From positions 23,584,560 through 23,648,559 of the forward strand of contig NC_134027.1 of NCBI RefSeq assembly GCF_964204645.1: a stretch of DNA of 64,000 nt, given 5' to 3'. The notes under the pieces were generated by a model that worked only from the letters and a program-made list of their open reading frames with translations, was not told the DNA's origin and made no database searches. Numbering within the stretch: position 1 is the first letter of the stretch; the number at the start of each line of letters is the position of its first letter. This DNA is from Tubulanus polymorphus (lineage: Eukaryota; Animalia; Nemertea). Made by a program: the position numbers and the translations under genes. Shown here one piece after another: positions 49,997 to 62,773 of this stretch.

Positions 49997-52298
49997 ATGG
50001 GGAAGCTTAGTTTGACTTTTGCAACAATCATCACTGTAAGTAAATGTTCTTCGTATAGTTAAAACTAAGAAGAAAATATTACGAAATTTATCCTGAAATT
50101 TGTGAAGTTTCGGTCAATCCTAGATATAGACATAAATAGGCGTGAATAGGCGAAATTTTTCAAGCCGTGTTTTGTAGATACTTTTGAAGCATCTCACTGA
50201 CAAGTCGGTGTTTCCTTTTCGACTATTCAATTTGATCATGTTTCGTTTCAATCAATATTGTTACAGGCATGTCTCGTGACGTCATATGCGGGATGCGTAA
50301 ATGTGCAGGATGGACTATGCTCGGATGATCTCGGTTGGATTCGGCGAGTTCAAGTTTCCGAGTACAAACCACGAGAACCGTTCGTCATATCGGTCACCGT
50401 TGATACAAGCCTAGAATTAAAAACCTACTGGACCGTTAGTCTTTTAGATGGGAATATGCCCAAATTCATCACTGGTAAATCAGTTCTTTTTTCATGTTCA
50501 TCCGAAATATTAATCAACAAAAAAGTCGATATAATGAATAACATCGCCCGGTATTATATAAACCTTTTCTATACACATCATCTTCGTAGTAACTGAATAA
50601 ATATGATACATATGTATGACATTTTGGTTAGCAATAAAGAGAATTACTTTTAATTCCATTTGATGATCGCAGATCAAATCAATTATCATTTACAAGTAAT
50701 AATCTATAAATCCTGAATTCCAAAATGCGATAATGGTATTTGAATTCACACTCCAGATGCTGGCGGCGTTAATGACGAATACGGTAAGATATATCAACAG
50801 ACTACAGGCTCGTCGACCACAGTACGTTTAGAAGTCGAATCAGTCCCCGAAACACGGGAAAAACTGGGAAAGTACAAACTGGCGTTCGAACTGACTGGCT
50901 GCCGGACGTACCATTTTGAGGTATTCATAAATCCGGGCGAAATGGCATTCCAGCGCGATATTCCACTGGGTAGAGCTACCGCAATCCCGGGGATCTTACT
51001 GCTGGATGATGCAGTCGATGGCACGGTAACGCTGCAGCTACGTCTGACATACGATGTCACTGATGCGGCCCCGCAATTCTCTCGGAGTAAGGCAAGCAGC
51101 GATATTGTAAGGGTTACAGGCAGCTGGAACAGATTCGCTGGAAACGACGGTCAGAAAACGGACAATATCGGCGGGGACCTATTGTTCAACAATAGCGGAA
51201 CGTTCAATAAATGGATCGATGACCATACCTACGAGACGAATGTTGTCGCTTTGACAAATGCAACAGATGAAAATGCGGGTGAATACAACGTATGGACTCC
51301 TTACATGAACTTAGGTGTCGATAATGTAGTTAATATTCAGACTGTAGTGTCTACTTTCATCACCAAGAGAAGCGATTTTGGAAAGATCAGAAATGTGTTA
51401 TTGTATACAGGCCCGTTTTACTGGAATCTATGGTGGGATAAAACAGACGCTTTACAGAAGTTTGGTGTAGTACCTATCAGCTTTAAAGAGAAGACCTTAG
51501 TTATTTTGCGCATCGTAGCCTATCCGACTGCTTATATTCTAATGACGAGCGAGAATGGTAAATCCGTTAAACCGATTTTGACGCTTCGCCGGGAAAGTCA
51601 GCTCGAATCCTATTTTGAAGTGGATGGTAGCCAGCCGGAGTTTTTCGAGCATCAATGGAAATTAGATGTCGGTTATCGATATCCTATTCAATCGAAAATG
51701 ATCAAGTTCGCGCCGTTCGAACCGATTCGATTCAAGACAAACAACGAAATGCAAAAGACAGTAAACAATGCAACGAACAAAAAAGAGGTGATATTTTTTT
51801 GAAATTGTAGCCATGTTTGTTATTATTTTGGTCGCTGTAAAATACTGCAGACTCCTTCGCCGTGAAAATTTGGTCCTTTTGCTAGAACATAATGGAGATG
51901 CACTTATTTCAACTCCCAAAGTAGAGGGGAACTGTGGTGCCGTACACTGTGTCCTGTGCTGTTTTGTTCTATTGCGTGATTTTTTTGTTTTGTTTTAGGT
52001 TACGTTGAACTGTGATGCCACCGGATATCCACTACCAGAAATCCATTTCTACAGAACAAAAACGATGTTCGAAGATCAATCATCAGGTGATAACTCCGAG
52101 CGAAGATTGAGCGAAGAATTGATCAAAACAACGGGCAACGTGCGTGTGGTCAAATCTCGTCGGTCCAATTGGGTTTTGGCTCGTTTGGTCATCAGTTCAC
52201 CGACAGCAGCTGATCTGACTGGCTGGAATTCACAGTACGTTTGTCGTGTTAGGAATAAATACATGGAAGATGTTCGCAGAATGCAGCTGCTGGAGTAG
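49997..52298 (+). CDS. Secreted immunoglobulin-superfamily protein (about 525 aa, 4 exons)
   Basis: Exons 49997-50035, 50267-50474, 50757-51787 and 51999-52298, phases 0,1,0, open frame. Signal peptide MGKLSLTFATIITACLVTSYAG. The last domain is I-set-like (VTLNCDATGYPLPEIHF..LVIS..D..YVCRVRNKY). Earlier degenerate Ig-like motifs: LTNATDENAGEYNV, RIVAYP. No TM helix. Confidence 0.8.
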
Positions 52299-52375
52299 AT
52301 ATATGGATGGGACAATTTATATTTTTTCTTATAATCCAGACTTTTAACCATATGCCCTGAAGAAAATACTTTCTG

Positions 52376-52762
52376 CTATCTACCGATGTTGTAGTAATTG
52401 TTCATCTTGTTCTAAGGTTGGATCTTCTGTCCTATTTCCTTGACCTGCTTGTAATGCTCTTGTATATATAACTTGAACGACTAAGTATATCTATCCATAT
52501 TTATTTCTCTAAGCCGGATGTATACATTCTATCTCTAAAGCTCTCCCACAAAGATTCTTTCTTCTCTTTTTATATCGTTTACTGTTTAGGAACGTGTACA
52601 CGCACTTTACCACACATGGCTTGATATCCACAGATTGCGACGCATTCATACGTATCACAGCATTCTACCGACCCATGTATGGAGTGTTCATGTTTCTGCA
52701 CACGTCACAATAGCCTAAGAGATACCTTTTGCGCGCGCCCTAGCTCATGGCCGCGCCATATT
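52376..52762. repeat. Inverted partner of 48484-48845
   Basis: Ends CTAGCTCATGGCCGCGCCATATT, the near reverse complement of AATATGGCGCAGCCATGAGCTATG. Confidence 0.85.
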
Positions 52763-54276
52763 TACGTTTATCTACGCGGATATATACGTTACATCAAGAT
52801 ATGTCTCTTTATATTTTTTTCTATTTTTGTTTATGTATGACGCAAGCATCAACGCAGGTTGTCTGATAATAGCAACACTGGCCATGAACTTCAGCTTTTG
52901 TACATAACTTGTTGCTATAGTTTAACCGTTGATAATTAAAGCTTTTTGATATGTTTCCTGAAAGCCCATCATTATAATTCATGAAAGCCCCATAATAGTA
53001 GGCGTAAAGTTCCAAATCATCTCAAAATTGAAAAATATATAAAGTGCTATGAATTAAATCCCTAAAAGTAAATGAAGATATATTCTCCAATTAGCTTCGT
53101 GCTCATATTTTTACAAGAGATATTAGAAATCAGCTGACACAAATGTCTGCAAACTAATTCCGATATTTGAATTACAATTACATAAACAATGACAATGAAT
53201 AAAAGAAAGAGTCAAAGTTATAATTATTGTTCGTTTGCCTAATTCTCTAACAGAAATACAAGTCATATCGACTCATTTGGAAATGATGCACGTGGAGTGG
53301 ACGCGCTAACACTAATCAGTGACCTTGTACGAAGCAAAGGATCCTGCTGTCACTTAGTAGGTCGAATTTCCGACCTCATGCTATTCGGCACCCATTTCCA
53401 ATTGCGTTATGGCAATCTAAATTGATTTGCCCAGGCGGTTTTTATTTTCATCATGTAATGAAGAAGATATTTATTCTAGGTTCGGCCGGCAGCATTTTAT
53501 TCCTACGATTTCTACCGTTAATTTATTGGAGCCGGCTGGGGAATGGATATCAAGCTATCATTTTTTAGGCCTGAAATAACTAATATATAGAAAAATTAGA
53601 TTTTCATCATGACTTTTCATTTCCTTTCAGTAAAAACTCGCTTTAGATATTTTGTGATTTCGCAGGAAAGATGCTGTGATTCGAATGTTGTGTTTTGTTG
53701 ATGATAACAACATATTGAGGCCTACCCGGAAAATGAATCTTATCAATGAATAATGAATCCTACAAAGCAGCGATGATTGCTTGTCTGCCTTGCAGCATTA
53801 TATGCAAACATTTGGGAATTCAAAAAAGGAAAACTAGTAGACGGGACAATTTGTACTTTTTTCTTTTAACAGAATTTGAATAAATGTTAATATCACAACA
53901 TATTCTTCGTTACTTTCCCCGATATGCATGGTGCCTTTTAAGCAACAAGTTATAGTCACATTTACATTCGATTATACCGTTTTGAAATGGCATCGAGGAA
54001 AATCTAAAACAAATAAATTGGAAAAAGATATTTCGTAAGCTCTTACAATTAGATAAGAGTGAAAAATTAGGCCCTCGAATGATACTCATTCAAGAATGGT
54101 TATTCTACTCACAAAAAAGTAACATTTAGAAAACCCTCGTAATAAAATGTTTACAACATTAGGTTTTTATCATGACATTTTGGTTTTCGATTTCTCTTAG
54201 TGAAAACTTTCCTATCCTAGATCTAGAGCTTCAGATATTTTGTGATTCGGGAGGAAATGACGAGAAAACGTAAAGG

Positions 54277-54410
54277 ACCAGCAGCTGATCTGACTGCTGG
54301 AATTCACAGTACATTTGTCGTATTAAGAATAAATACATGGAAGGTTTTCGCAGAATGCAGCTGCTGGAGTAGATATACGGACGGGACAATTTATATTTTC
54401 TTATAATCCA
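54277..54410 (+). pseudogene. Duplicated, frameshifted 3' end of the Ig gene
   Basis: CAGCAGCTGATCTGACTGCTGGAATTCACAGTAC...ATGCAGCTGCTGGAGTAG plus 3' flank matches 52204-52340 with a 1-nt deletion. Confidence 0.8.
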
Positions 54411-55762
54411 GAATTTGAAATTTATGTCAATATGTATATCACCATATATTCTTTGTTAATATAGGCCTACTAAGTAACTAGTTATTGTCAAATTGACTTA
54501 CGATTATAACGGTATGAAATGGCATTGTGGAGAATTTGAAACAATTGAATCGAAAAAAATTTCTATAATAAGTTAGACTGTTAGATAAGGGGAAAATGTT
54601 GGCCCTCGAATAATATTCATTCAATTCAATACTGTTTTGGTTATTTTATTCATTCAGTTGAAAACTAACATCTAGAAATCTAATATATATATATAGAAAT
54701 TAGGTTTTGATGTCTTTTGAAGGTAATTGTCACCCAAGGTTCCAACACCGGTTTCAACAAACGATTCACAGCAAAACATATTCAAAATCTGTCTATGTTT
54801 TTTTTTTCATATATATAAGTTATGCACATTATCTAAAAAGAAATTTAGTTTTATTATTGTAGAAAATAAAACGTTTAGCATGATCACGCAGATTCACGTG
54901 ATGCTTCTCAGTTGTTAGTTACTCTTTGCTTCCACCCCTTCTGACAATGTGGGTAAGCATTCCCTCGCGATTTCACAAAGGCTCTAGTATATCTTATCGC
55001 CCGTTTTTCCGCGGTGCGCCTTATAGATACCGTCGTGCGCGCGCGCGGATATTTCTATCACAGTTACCACCAAGGGGTGGGTTTAGAGCTAATATTGAGG
55101 GGTAGCACCCGATAAAAGGGATCAAAAAGAGGCACTATCCACAAAGAGTAGTGGGCGCGGAAAATTTTGAAAATGAGCCCCGTAGATGCAATTCCCAAGG
55201 ATTTGAGCTTCTTTCTACCAAAGGAAAATTTATAAAGAGCCTTTGGACGTCCTCATTTGGTACCAAATTTTTTGCGCCAACTGAAAGTGGTACCTTGATC
55301 TGCGCTTGCGACCACTGACTTCCTTTCTTTATATGACATTCTCATGTAAAACCAAAATTAGATTTTTATTAATTCAAGTTTGAATTCGATTACTATGCCG
55401 ATTGATGTATTGATTATATGGGTCACTGCGATGCCACCGGTGATTATATCGGTCACTTCTTTGTGCACCGTCTCAAGACCTTCGAACAGGAACGTTTTTT
55501 TAATCTAGCCCTAGATCCAGAAAAGGTTAAACTAAACTACATTTTCTTCGAAAAAGAATTAAAGGTCTAGTTTGTTCAATATTCGACTGGAATGAGATAT
55601 TAAAGGATACATAAAATCTATTTTCCGTTTAATGAAAGTGTATACTTTTTACTGAATTTTGTTCAATAGGTTCATGTGAAAAGTTTGCGAAGGTCACTGT
55701 AACCGCTTTAGTAAGAACGGGTATAGGTTGCACGATGAATCAAACTTGGAATGAATGGTCAT

Positions 55763-56722
55763 CTATAATTTGTCTGCACGTCTACAAAAGATTTTGGTAA
55801 AGAAAAATTCACGAATTTCTCGTCCCAGTAAAAGATATATGTAAAAATTGATAGCGTAGTTACAGATATGGAAGTATGTGGAAATGTCAAAGAATGAAAG
55901 TTTCTCTTTCAAAGAGAATGGCAAGAATGTAGTAATAGTAGATGGCAGTGTAAACATCGCAAATGCAAGTGAAACGGTTGTTAGCATTATTGTCGTACGT
56001 TTTGATTTGGTAGTTTTCTGATCAGACGAAACGATCTTTGAACCCCTGAACAACTGGATGATTATAACAGAATTCGATATCATAATGAAAGTTAACGGTA
56101 GAAAATAAATGTAGACGAAATGCGTGAAGAAAAGGGTTACCTGGTCGAATACTTCGTAAAAGCACCCGGAATCCCAGTCGAGAAAATGAATCGACAACGT
56201 AGGTACTAGAAATAAGATCAGCGTATTCACTGCGATAATCGCCAATATAGAAAATCTAGCGAATCTAGGTGTACATATCAAACGAGATGTTAACGGGAAG
56301 AGCACAACTGCCGCACGTTCTAGAGATATGGCTACTATCAACCAGGAACTAGTGCAGGCTGCTAATGCCATTACGAATTCGTAGACTTGACAACTGGTCG
56401 GCGAACTCATCAAAAATAGAGGAACTTTTTCAACGCGCAAGAGAATAAACTGTAAAACGGGCATCGGCGTAAGATTCAAAAACACTAGAAAATCGCTGAC
56501 GGACAACACGATCAGATAGTTAGCGTAAGATAAACTGCGGAATCTGCGATTTATCATTATCAGGAAAGTAGCCGAGTTACCGAAAGCTCCCAACAGGAAC
56601 AAGATGATCAGAATGACCAACGACATTGTACGGTAGCTTCCAGACTTGTTTTCCAATGACATAAGGATGACGTAACTGTATGGTCGAACTAATTTCATCC
56701 GAGTAGAATTCATGATTTTCAT
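55763..56722 (-). CDS. Intronless class A GPCR, subfamily B
   Basis: Seven TM segments; GAFGN, LSVSD, ISLER, FTLP, NYAINFYIY. Start at ATG 56722 or 56713. Confidence 0.92.
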   Translation of the reverse strand: MKIMNSTRMKLVRPYSYVILMSLENKSGSYRTMSLVILIILFLLGAFGNSATFLIMINRRFRSLSYANYLIVLSVSDFLVFLNLTPMPVLQFILLRVEKVPLFLMSSPTSCQVYEFVMALAACTSSWLIVAISLERAAVVLFPLTSRLICTPRFARFSILAIIAVNTLILFLVPTLSIHFLDWDSGCFYEVFDQVTLFFTHFVYIYFLPLTFIMISNSVIIIQLFRGSKIVSSDQKTTKSKRTTIMLTTVSLAFAMFTLPSTITTFLPFSLKEKLSFFDISTYFHICNYAINFYIYLLLGREIREFFFTKIFCRRADKL

Positions 56723-57054
56723 GAAATTATGTGAAACTGAATGAACGTCTCGGCACAAATTGAAACGATTAATTTAACGCTAGTGAAAATTCACAGGTTT
56801 ATTCATTTATGACAGCAATTTTACAATTTGAAATCATTTGCACAGACGTTTTGATACAAATTAATTGAGGGAGAGAGAGAGAGAGAGAAAGTTGAGCCTA
56901 TCAGCAGCTGAACGTCATTAACTATTACTGCCACTGTAAATTTTATTTTCCTACAGCGCATGGATGACCAACAGCTAAAAATAACTTACCAAATCACAAT
57001 CTGAAGTTTATGCGAGTTGATACGAATATATGCATAGATTTACTTCTTTCGGCA

Positions 57055-57240
57055 ACTTGTTGTCAGCTATTGTCGATGTTTTTAAATCTAATCTCAAAGC
57101 CCATTTGTTCATCAAAGCTTTTAATTTAACCAGTTTTAGTTTTTCTGTTTTATGTTCGCTTTTTATATATGATATAAAGCCAATGAGCATATTTCATATG
57201 GATTTTAGGCTGAATGAATTATTATTAATTGTTATTATTG
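57055..57240 (+). mobile_element. L2-clade LINE 3' tail
   Basis: VDVFKSNLKAHLFIKAF is the typical L2 ORF2 terminus. A short UTR follows, ending in (TTA)n-like repeats. Confidence 0.65.
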
Positions 57241-58223
57241 CTGCTAATTCCTGTCAGCAAGGTTTATTCTAAACTCTGTGTATAAATACTAACAGATATT
57301 CATATATATCAATAGACAATGATGTAGAAAATTTCAAAAGCTTGATATCTTGACTCGGGGACTGATGGAACCGGACATTGATTCTGAAGCATGCTCTCCG
57401 ATGGCTCCAAATTTGACCATATGGTATCTCAATCATACCAGAAAGCGGGTCTTCAGTGCCCGTCTAAAATGAGTTGTTATGGATATTTTGATTGTTACTC
57501 AGTGTCGGGGCAGAAGGTTTGATAAAAAGTGGGTATAACTTCTACTGGACACAATATGCAGGTACTGGCAGCATCAATAGATGGTCTCTGGGACGTTCTT
57601 TAGAGATCCGAAGTTGTGCGGACAAGACTAGATTAAACAGCAACGTGTGCTGAATATCTGAGAGACAAAATGATGAAAAGATGTAATGAGAAAGAAATTT
57701 GCTCTCAAGAAACATCGTCCATTTCAATGAAAGTTTGTACCTCATATTCAACAGTACTTGCATATGCGTGCTATACTTTCATCTCGAATCAAGTAGAAAC
57801 ATCAGAAAAAATTTACTCGAATATAAAAAATCCAAATTCAATCCCAAAATTCTTGCGTATTTATCCGCTAACAGAGCACAACGATTGGAAATGCTTTGGT
57901 ATCGATCTTATGAATATTGGTTGAAAATGTAGTAATAATTCGAAAACCCGATGGAGCTTGGTTTACTATTTACTAAAAACTTCTAAGAGAATGAAGCATC
58001 AAAATAAATTCGTTGCCTCTTTGTTTTCGTGTGTTTTCTGTAGAAAAATAAGCAAATAGAATGAAAAGTTCACAGATTTGTAAAAAAAAATTAGTTGTCC
58101 GAAATTTCTATGAGTTGTAGAAATAAACCTTAGAATGTTATTCACTGAATGTCAGTGTATCCAGTCAACAGCAAATACGGATTAAGAAGGGTTGTATGAC
58201 GGGATTCAAACTTGAAATACTGG

Positions 58224-59174
58224 TTACTCGACTGATTTTCTATTACAGCGGATTTTCATACAGAAATATTCACGAATTTCTCGTCCCAGTAAAAGATATA
58301 TGTAAAAATTCAACACATAGTTACAAATAAGGAACTGAGCGAAAATATCGTATAGATATTCTTTCTTTTCCGTAAAGATTGGTAACATCGCAGTGATAGT
58401 GGTGGGAAGTGTAAAAATTGCAAACACGAGTGAAACTGTTACAAGCATCATTGTTATGCGCTTTGACTTGGCAGTTTTCCGATCAGACCTAACCATTTGT
58501 GCACCTCTGAATAACTGAACTATTATAACAGAATTTGATGCTAGAATCAAAGATAATGGCAGGACAAAAACGTAGACGCCAGTTGGAATCAAAAATTTTA
58601 TCTGGTAATGCAATTCGTAGAAACATCCGAAAAACTTGTCGGTAAATTGAATCGACAAAGCAGGGTGAATCGAAACCAGTACATTCACTGCGGTTATCGT
58701 CAATATAACGAATCTAGCGAATCTAGGTGTACATATCAAACGAGATGTGAACGGGAAAAGCACGACTGCCGCACGTTCTAGAGATATTGCTGCTATCAAC
58801 CACGAACTGTTAGAAGTAGCAACTGCCATCAAAAACTCGTAAATTTTACAACTGATCACTGAATCCATGATGAATGTAGGACCGGTGTTAAGATTCAAGA
58901 GAACAAACTGTAAAATGGGCATCAGTGTGAAATTGACGCAGTACAGGAAATCACAAACTGACAAAACGATCAGATAGTTAGCGTAAGATAACCTGTGGAA
59001 TCTGCGACTTATCATTATCAGGAAAGTAGCTGAATTTCCGAATGCTCCGACCAGGAACACGATTGGCAGGACGACCAGTGACACAATGCGATAAGTTTCA
59101 GATCTGTTTACCGCAGACATGATGACAATGTAACTGCTGTAAGTTCGTCCGATCTGCATCAGAGTTGAATTCAT
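58224..59174 (-). CDS. Intronless class A GPCR, subfamily B (316 aa)
   Basis: Seven TM segments; GAFGN, ISLER, NYVLNFYIY. Confidence 0.93.
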   Translation of the reverse strand: MNSTLMQIGRTYSSYIVIMSAVNRSETYRIVSLVVLPIVFLVGAFGNSATFLIMISRRFHRLSYANYLIVLSVCDFLYCVNFTLMPILQFVLLNLNTGPTFIMDSVISCKIYEFLMAVATSNSSWLIAAISLERAAVVLFPFTSRLICTPRFARFVILTITAVNVLVSIHPALSIQFTDKFFGCFYELHYQIKFLIPTGVYVFVLPLSLILASNSVIIVQLFRGAQMVRSDRKTAKSKRITMMLVTVSLVFAIFTLPTTITAMLPIFTEKKEYLYDIFAQFLICNYVLNFYIYLLLGREIREYFCMKIRCNRKSVE

Positions 59175-60202
59175 TATTCACGCGGGAAGAATTAACTCTT
59201 GAATGTGTTGACTGAATGCGTCAAAAGACTAACGCAAATTAAAGCCATGTCCTATCTATTGAAGTTTCCAATGTATAGCTGTTCGCATCAGCTGAAAAGT
59301 ATATTCTCGCAAATGTAGCTCAGATTTTGTTAAATTATTACGTAAAATATGAATTTAACTAGATTGAATATTAATATTCGTTGTTGAAGAATTCACTAAG
59401 AATAAAATGGCGAAGTCTCTCATAGTAAAAGATCTGAACAGATTGGGAATAGTTTGCACACGTTTTCAATTCGTTCTAAGGGAGGTCAGAATGATTTCAC
59501 AATATGAATCCTAGCCTGCAATAATTATAATCACACCCGGAAGTAAACTAGGGCTACTAACGCTCGCGCGCCATCTGTCGGTACTCAATGCGGAGAGCCC
59601 CGGCATTGGATTGCACAACAATCTCAGATACCGGAGGTCCCGAGCTAAGGCCCTGAATTAGTTTTAATCATCTTTTTGTGGTCACTGTATTGTATACCGT
59701 ATTTGTTATCCTATTGTATTATATATTCTTACGCGCGTGCTATCATGCTTTTCACAGAAAATTCTGAACTGATTATGGCACTCCCATTTCTCAAATCTCG
59801 AGGAACCGACTGAGTAACATGCGTATTAGACATTACAGACGAAAGTTATTTCCTACGAAAAACCCAAACTTAAACGTATTTTAAGTAAGTATTTTGATTT
59901 CTGCGTAATTCAGAAATAACGTCTTTGTTGGATCTAGTGAATATGATATAGATGTGCAGAATAGAATATTGATGTCCCAAGTTGTGTATATATTGATCTA
60001 TATATATGTAATATAAAGGGATTCAAGTAATTCAATTCTTCTTGATCGAAACTGATATCAATGATAAAGGGTCTAAAAAACCAATATCTAATACAACGAA
60101 AACTGAACTCTAAATCGAATGAACTTTCCTCCGGTTTTCGAATAAGATTCACAATAGAATAATCGAACTGTTTTACAGAGATTGCCGCTCACAGCTAATG
60201 AG

Positions 60203-61288
60203 ATGTTCGATAACAACATTACTAGTACAACTGCTGCATTGACAACACTTCAACTCAGCTTGTGTCAAAGAATTCAAACTGATCCTGTTCGGTGGATTAA
60301 CAAACTAAGCGTTTTTCTGTATTTAGGCTGGTACCTACCGGCGTCTGTATTGGGTTTAATATTCAACGCATTCACGTTGTTAGTTCTAAAACAATTTAAA
60401 TCTGATAATTATTTTCTCATCAAAATTCTCGCTTTGAACGATCTTTTATTCATGGTCACTACATTCATTATGTATCCGCTGAGAACCGCGTACGTTTACG
60501 TCGTTTTAGGAGATCTTGTATTTCGCTGGAACGATTGGAATTTCGGTTGGATTTTCATCTCAGTCGGCATGCCGTTTTTCTACATGTTTCAAATGACACG
60601 TAACTGGTGCACTGTACTGCTCAGTCTAGAGCGGTTAATCGTCGTATTGTTTCCTATCAAATCTCGCAGATTACCCAAAAGATTTATATCAAAATGGGTG
60701 ACGGTGTTTATTTCATTGGTAAGTTTTTGTGGACATTCTAGTCAATTCTTTCCTGTACGCCAACTTGGATTCTTGCACTGTCCAGTCAATTGGCCTTATA
60801 TTACACTCCGCACAAGGAAATATCAGTATTTTGATCGATGGGGTCGAGAAAAATGGCGTTTTGTTATATCCGACAGATATCTATTCATGTATGTTACTGT
60901 ATTGATCCCAATTTGTTTTTTGATTTTCATCAATGTTGTTCTTATTTCGGTGACGTTTTTGCGTCGGGTTACTCGACGTTCAGAGCTCGGTGTAACGGAC
61001 GAATCGTCTAGAAAGGAAATGAGGGTTTTGAGGATGGTTTTATCAGTCGTTTCGTTGTTTATCATTTGTGAAGGTTTCGGTTTTATCGACCGCCTAATGA
61101 GGTTAGAATACATCCCGAACATCGCGAGTATGAGTCTGATAGCGTTGGGGTTTTCCGTCATCGATTCGTCGGTAAACTTTATCGTGTATTGCGCCACAAA
61201 CGAAAAATTCAGAAAAGTAGCTATTGATATTCTGAGGAACACCCGTTACAGAAAACTGGATTCGATGGCACACAAACAGCAAATCTAG
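60203..61288 (+). CDS. Intronless class A GPCR, subfamily A, paralog of 3015-4064
   Basis: ATG 60203 (MFDNNITS) aligns to the paralog start. Motifs LALND, LSLER, DSSVNFIVY. A candidate 5'UTR splice acceptor TTTTACAG ends at 60178. Confidence 0.92.
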   Translation: MFDNNITSTTAALTTLQLSLCQRIQTDPVRWINKLSVFLYLGWYLPASVLGLIFNAFTLLVLKQFKSDNYFLIKILALNDLLFMVTTFIMYPLRTAYVYVVLGDLVFRWNDWNFGWIFISVGMPFFYMFQMTRNWCTVLLSLERLIVVLFPIKSRRLPKRFISKWVTVFISLVSFCGHSSQFFPVRQLGFLHCPVNWPYITLRTRKYQYFDRWGREKWRFVISDRYLFMYVTVLIPICFLIFINVVLISVTFLRRVTRRSELGVTDESSRKEMRVLRMVLSVVSLFIICEGFGFIDRLMRLEYIPNIASMSLIALGFSVIDSSVNFIVYCATNEKFRKVAIDILRNTRYRKLDSMAHKQQI

Positions 61289-62389
61289 TATGGGATCATT
61301 CATTTATTACGTGCGCATAAAATTCGAATATTTCAACGCCATACCCCTATACGCAATATCGGCCATTTTTCTTATATATCAAGCATTACACTACGCAATT
61401 GCACTGACCCCTCCCCTAATGCGTACGTAATAAATGAATGACTCCTAGCTGAATTAGACTAAGCTTTTTTATGTCGTAAGGAGATAATAACACAAAAACA
61501 GCCATACAAACCCTGATATCCGTTTATCGTATTCAAGACATTGAACGGTATAGAATTTAGAACGGTTTTTTTCAAAAGCGTGAACGCTTGGTCCATTCTT
61601 AGTTTGCACGGGCTGAATTTAGAACGTTCTCAATGTTAATGTGAACGCGACTGATTCTGTGCGCATTAGAAGAATGTGTTACCCTGCTCAGTTACTCCTC
61701 AAGGTTAGGGACAATTTCTAAAAGATTTCTAATATTCTAATATTATGTATATTCGCTTCATCAAGTGCATTTACAATTTGCTATTGCTATTGCTATATAA
61801 GTTTATTTATTTACTAAAAAGTACATTTACAAAAATACAGTCATCACTAATACATAAAATATAGAATGTAATTTGTAAAGCGTAGTAAAGAACTAGGGGA
61901 AAAGGGGACCCAAGGGGTTATTCCACTAATAAAAAGCCTAATGCCCTGGCGGAATAATTGGACAGGAAGTTGAACAACAAATAGATATCAAATAGAAAAT
62001 ATAGCGGCAAAGTAGCGATAACGGGTTTTCTACAAAGATTAACGTTTCACTGATAAAAAAATAAATTGCCGAAGATTCGAACCAGACACATAACTGCAGA
62101 AAATTACAAAGCGCACCTGAAATGAATAGGTGCTGACTTGATTTGGATATTCTCGGATATCCTCTTCTTTACATATTATCGGGTACATGTCCATACAGGT
62201 AAAACGTATGCAGGTGTGGTAGGTTTGTAAGGGACACCAAAACAGAAAATCAAACGAAATACCAATCAAATAATAGCAGGGTTAATCCCTATTTTAAGAT
62301 CGAAAGTGTATAGAGTACGGAATACCTGAATGGACATGCCGATTGAAAGTAAAATATTTCCGCCGGTGTTCGTTGTCTGGGGCTCCAAC

Positions 62390-62510
62390 TAGAAACCGAC
62401 CGGAGCCGGCTGGAACCGACCGGAACCGACTGGAAAACGACCGGAACTGACTGGAGCCGACTGGGAACCGACCAGAGCCGACCGGAACTGACTAGAACCG
62501 ACTGGAAACC
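62390..62510. repeat. 10-11 bp tandem repeat (CCGACTGGAA / CCGACCGGAA) at a duplication junction
   Basis: About 11 degenerate units directly before the duplicated GPCR segment. Confidence 0.8.
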
Positions 62511-62773
62511 GAAATAAACCTTAGAATGTTATTCACTGAATGAAGCATCAAAATAAATTCGTTGCCTCTTTGTTTTCGCGTGTTTTCTGTAGAAAAATAA
62601 GAGAATAGAATGAAAAGTTCACAGATTTGTTGAAAACAAATTTGTTGTCCGAAATTTCTATGAGTTGTAGAAATAAACCTTAGAATGTTATTCACTGAAT
62701 GTCAGTGTATCCAGTCAACAGCAAATACGGATTAAGAAGGGTTGTATGACGGGATTCAAACTTGAAATACTGG

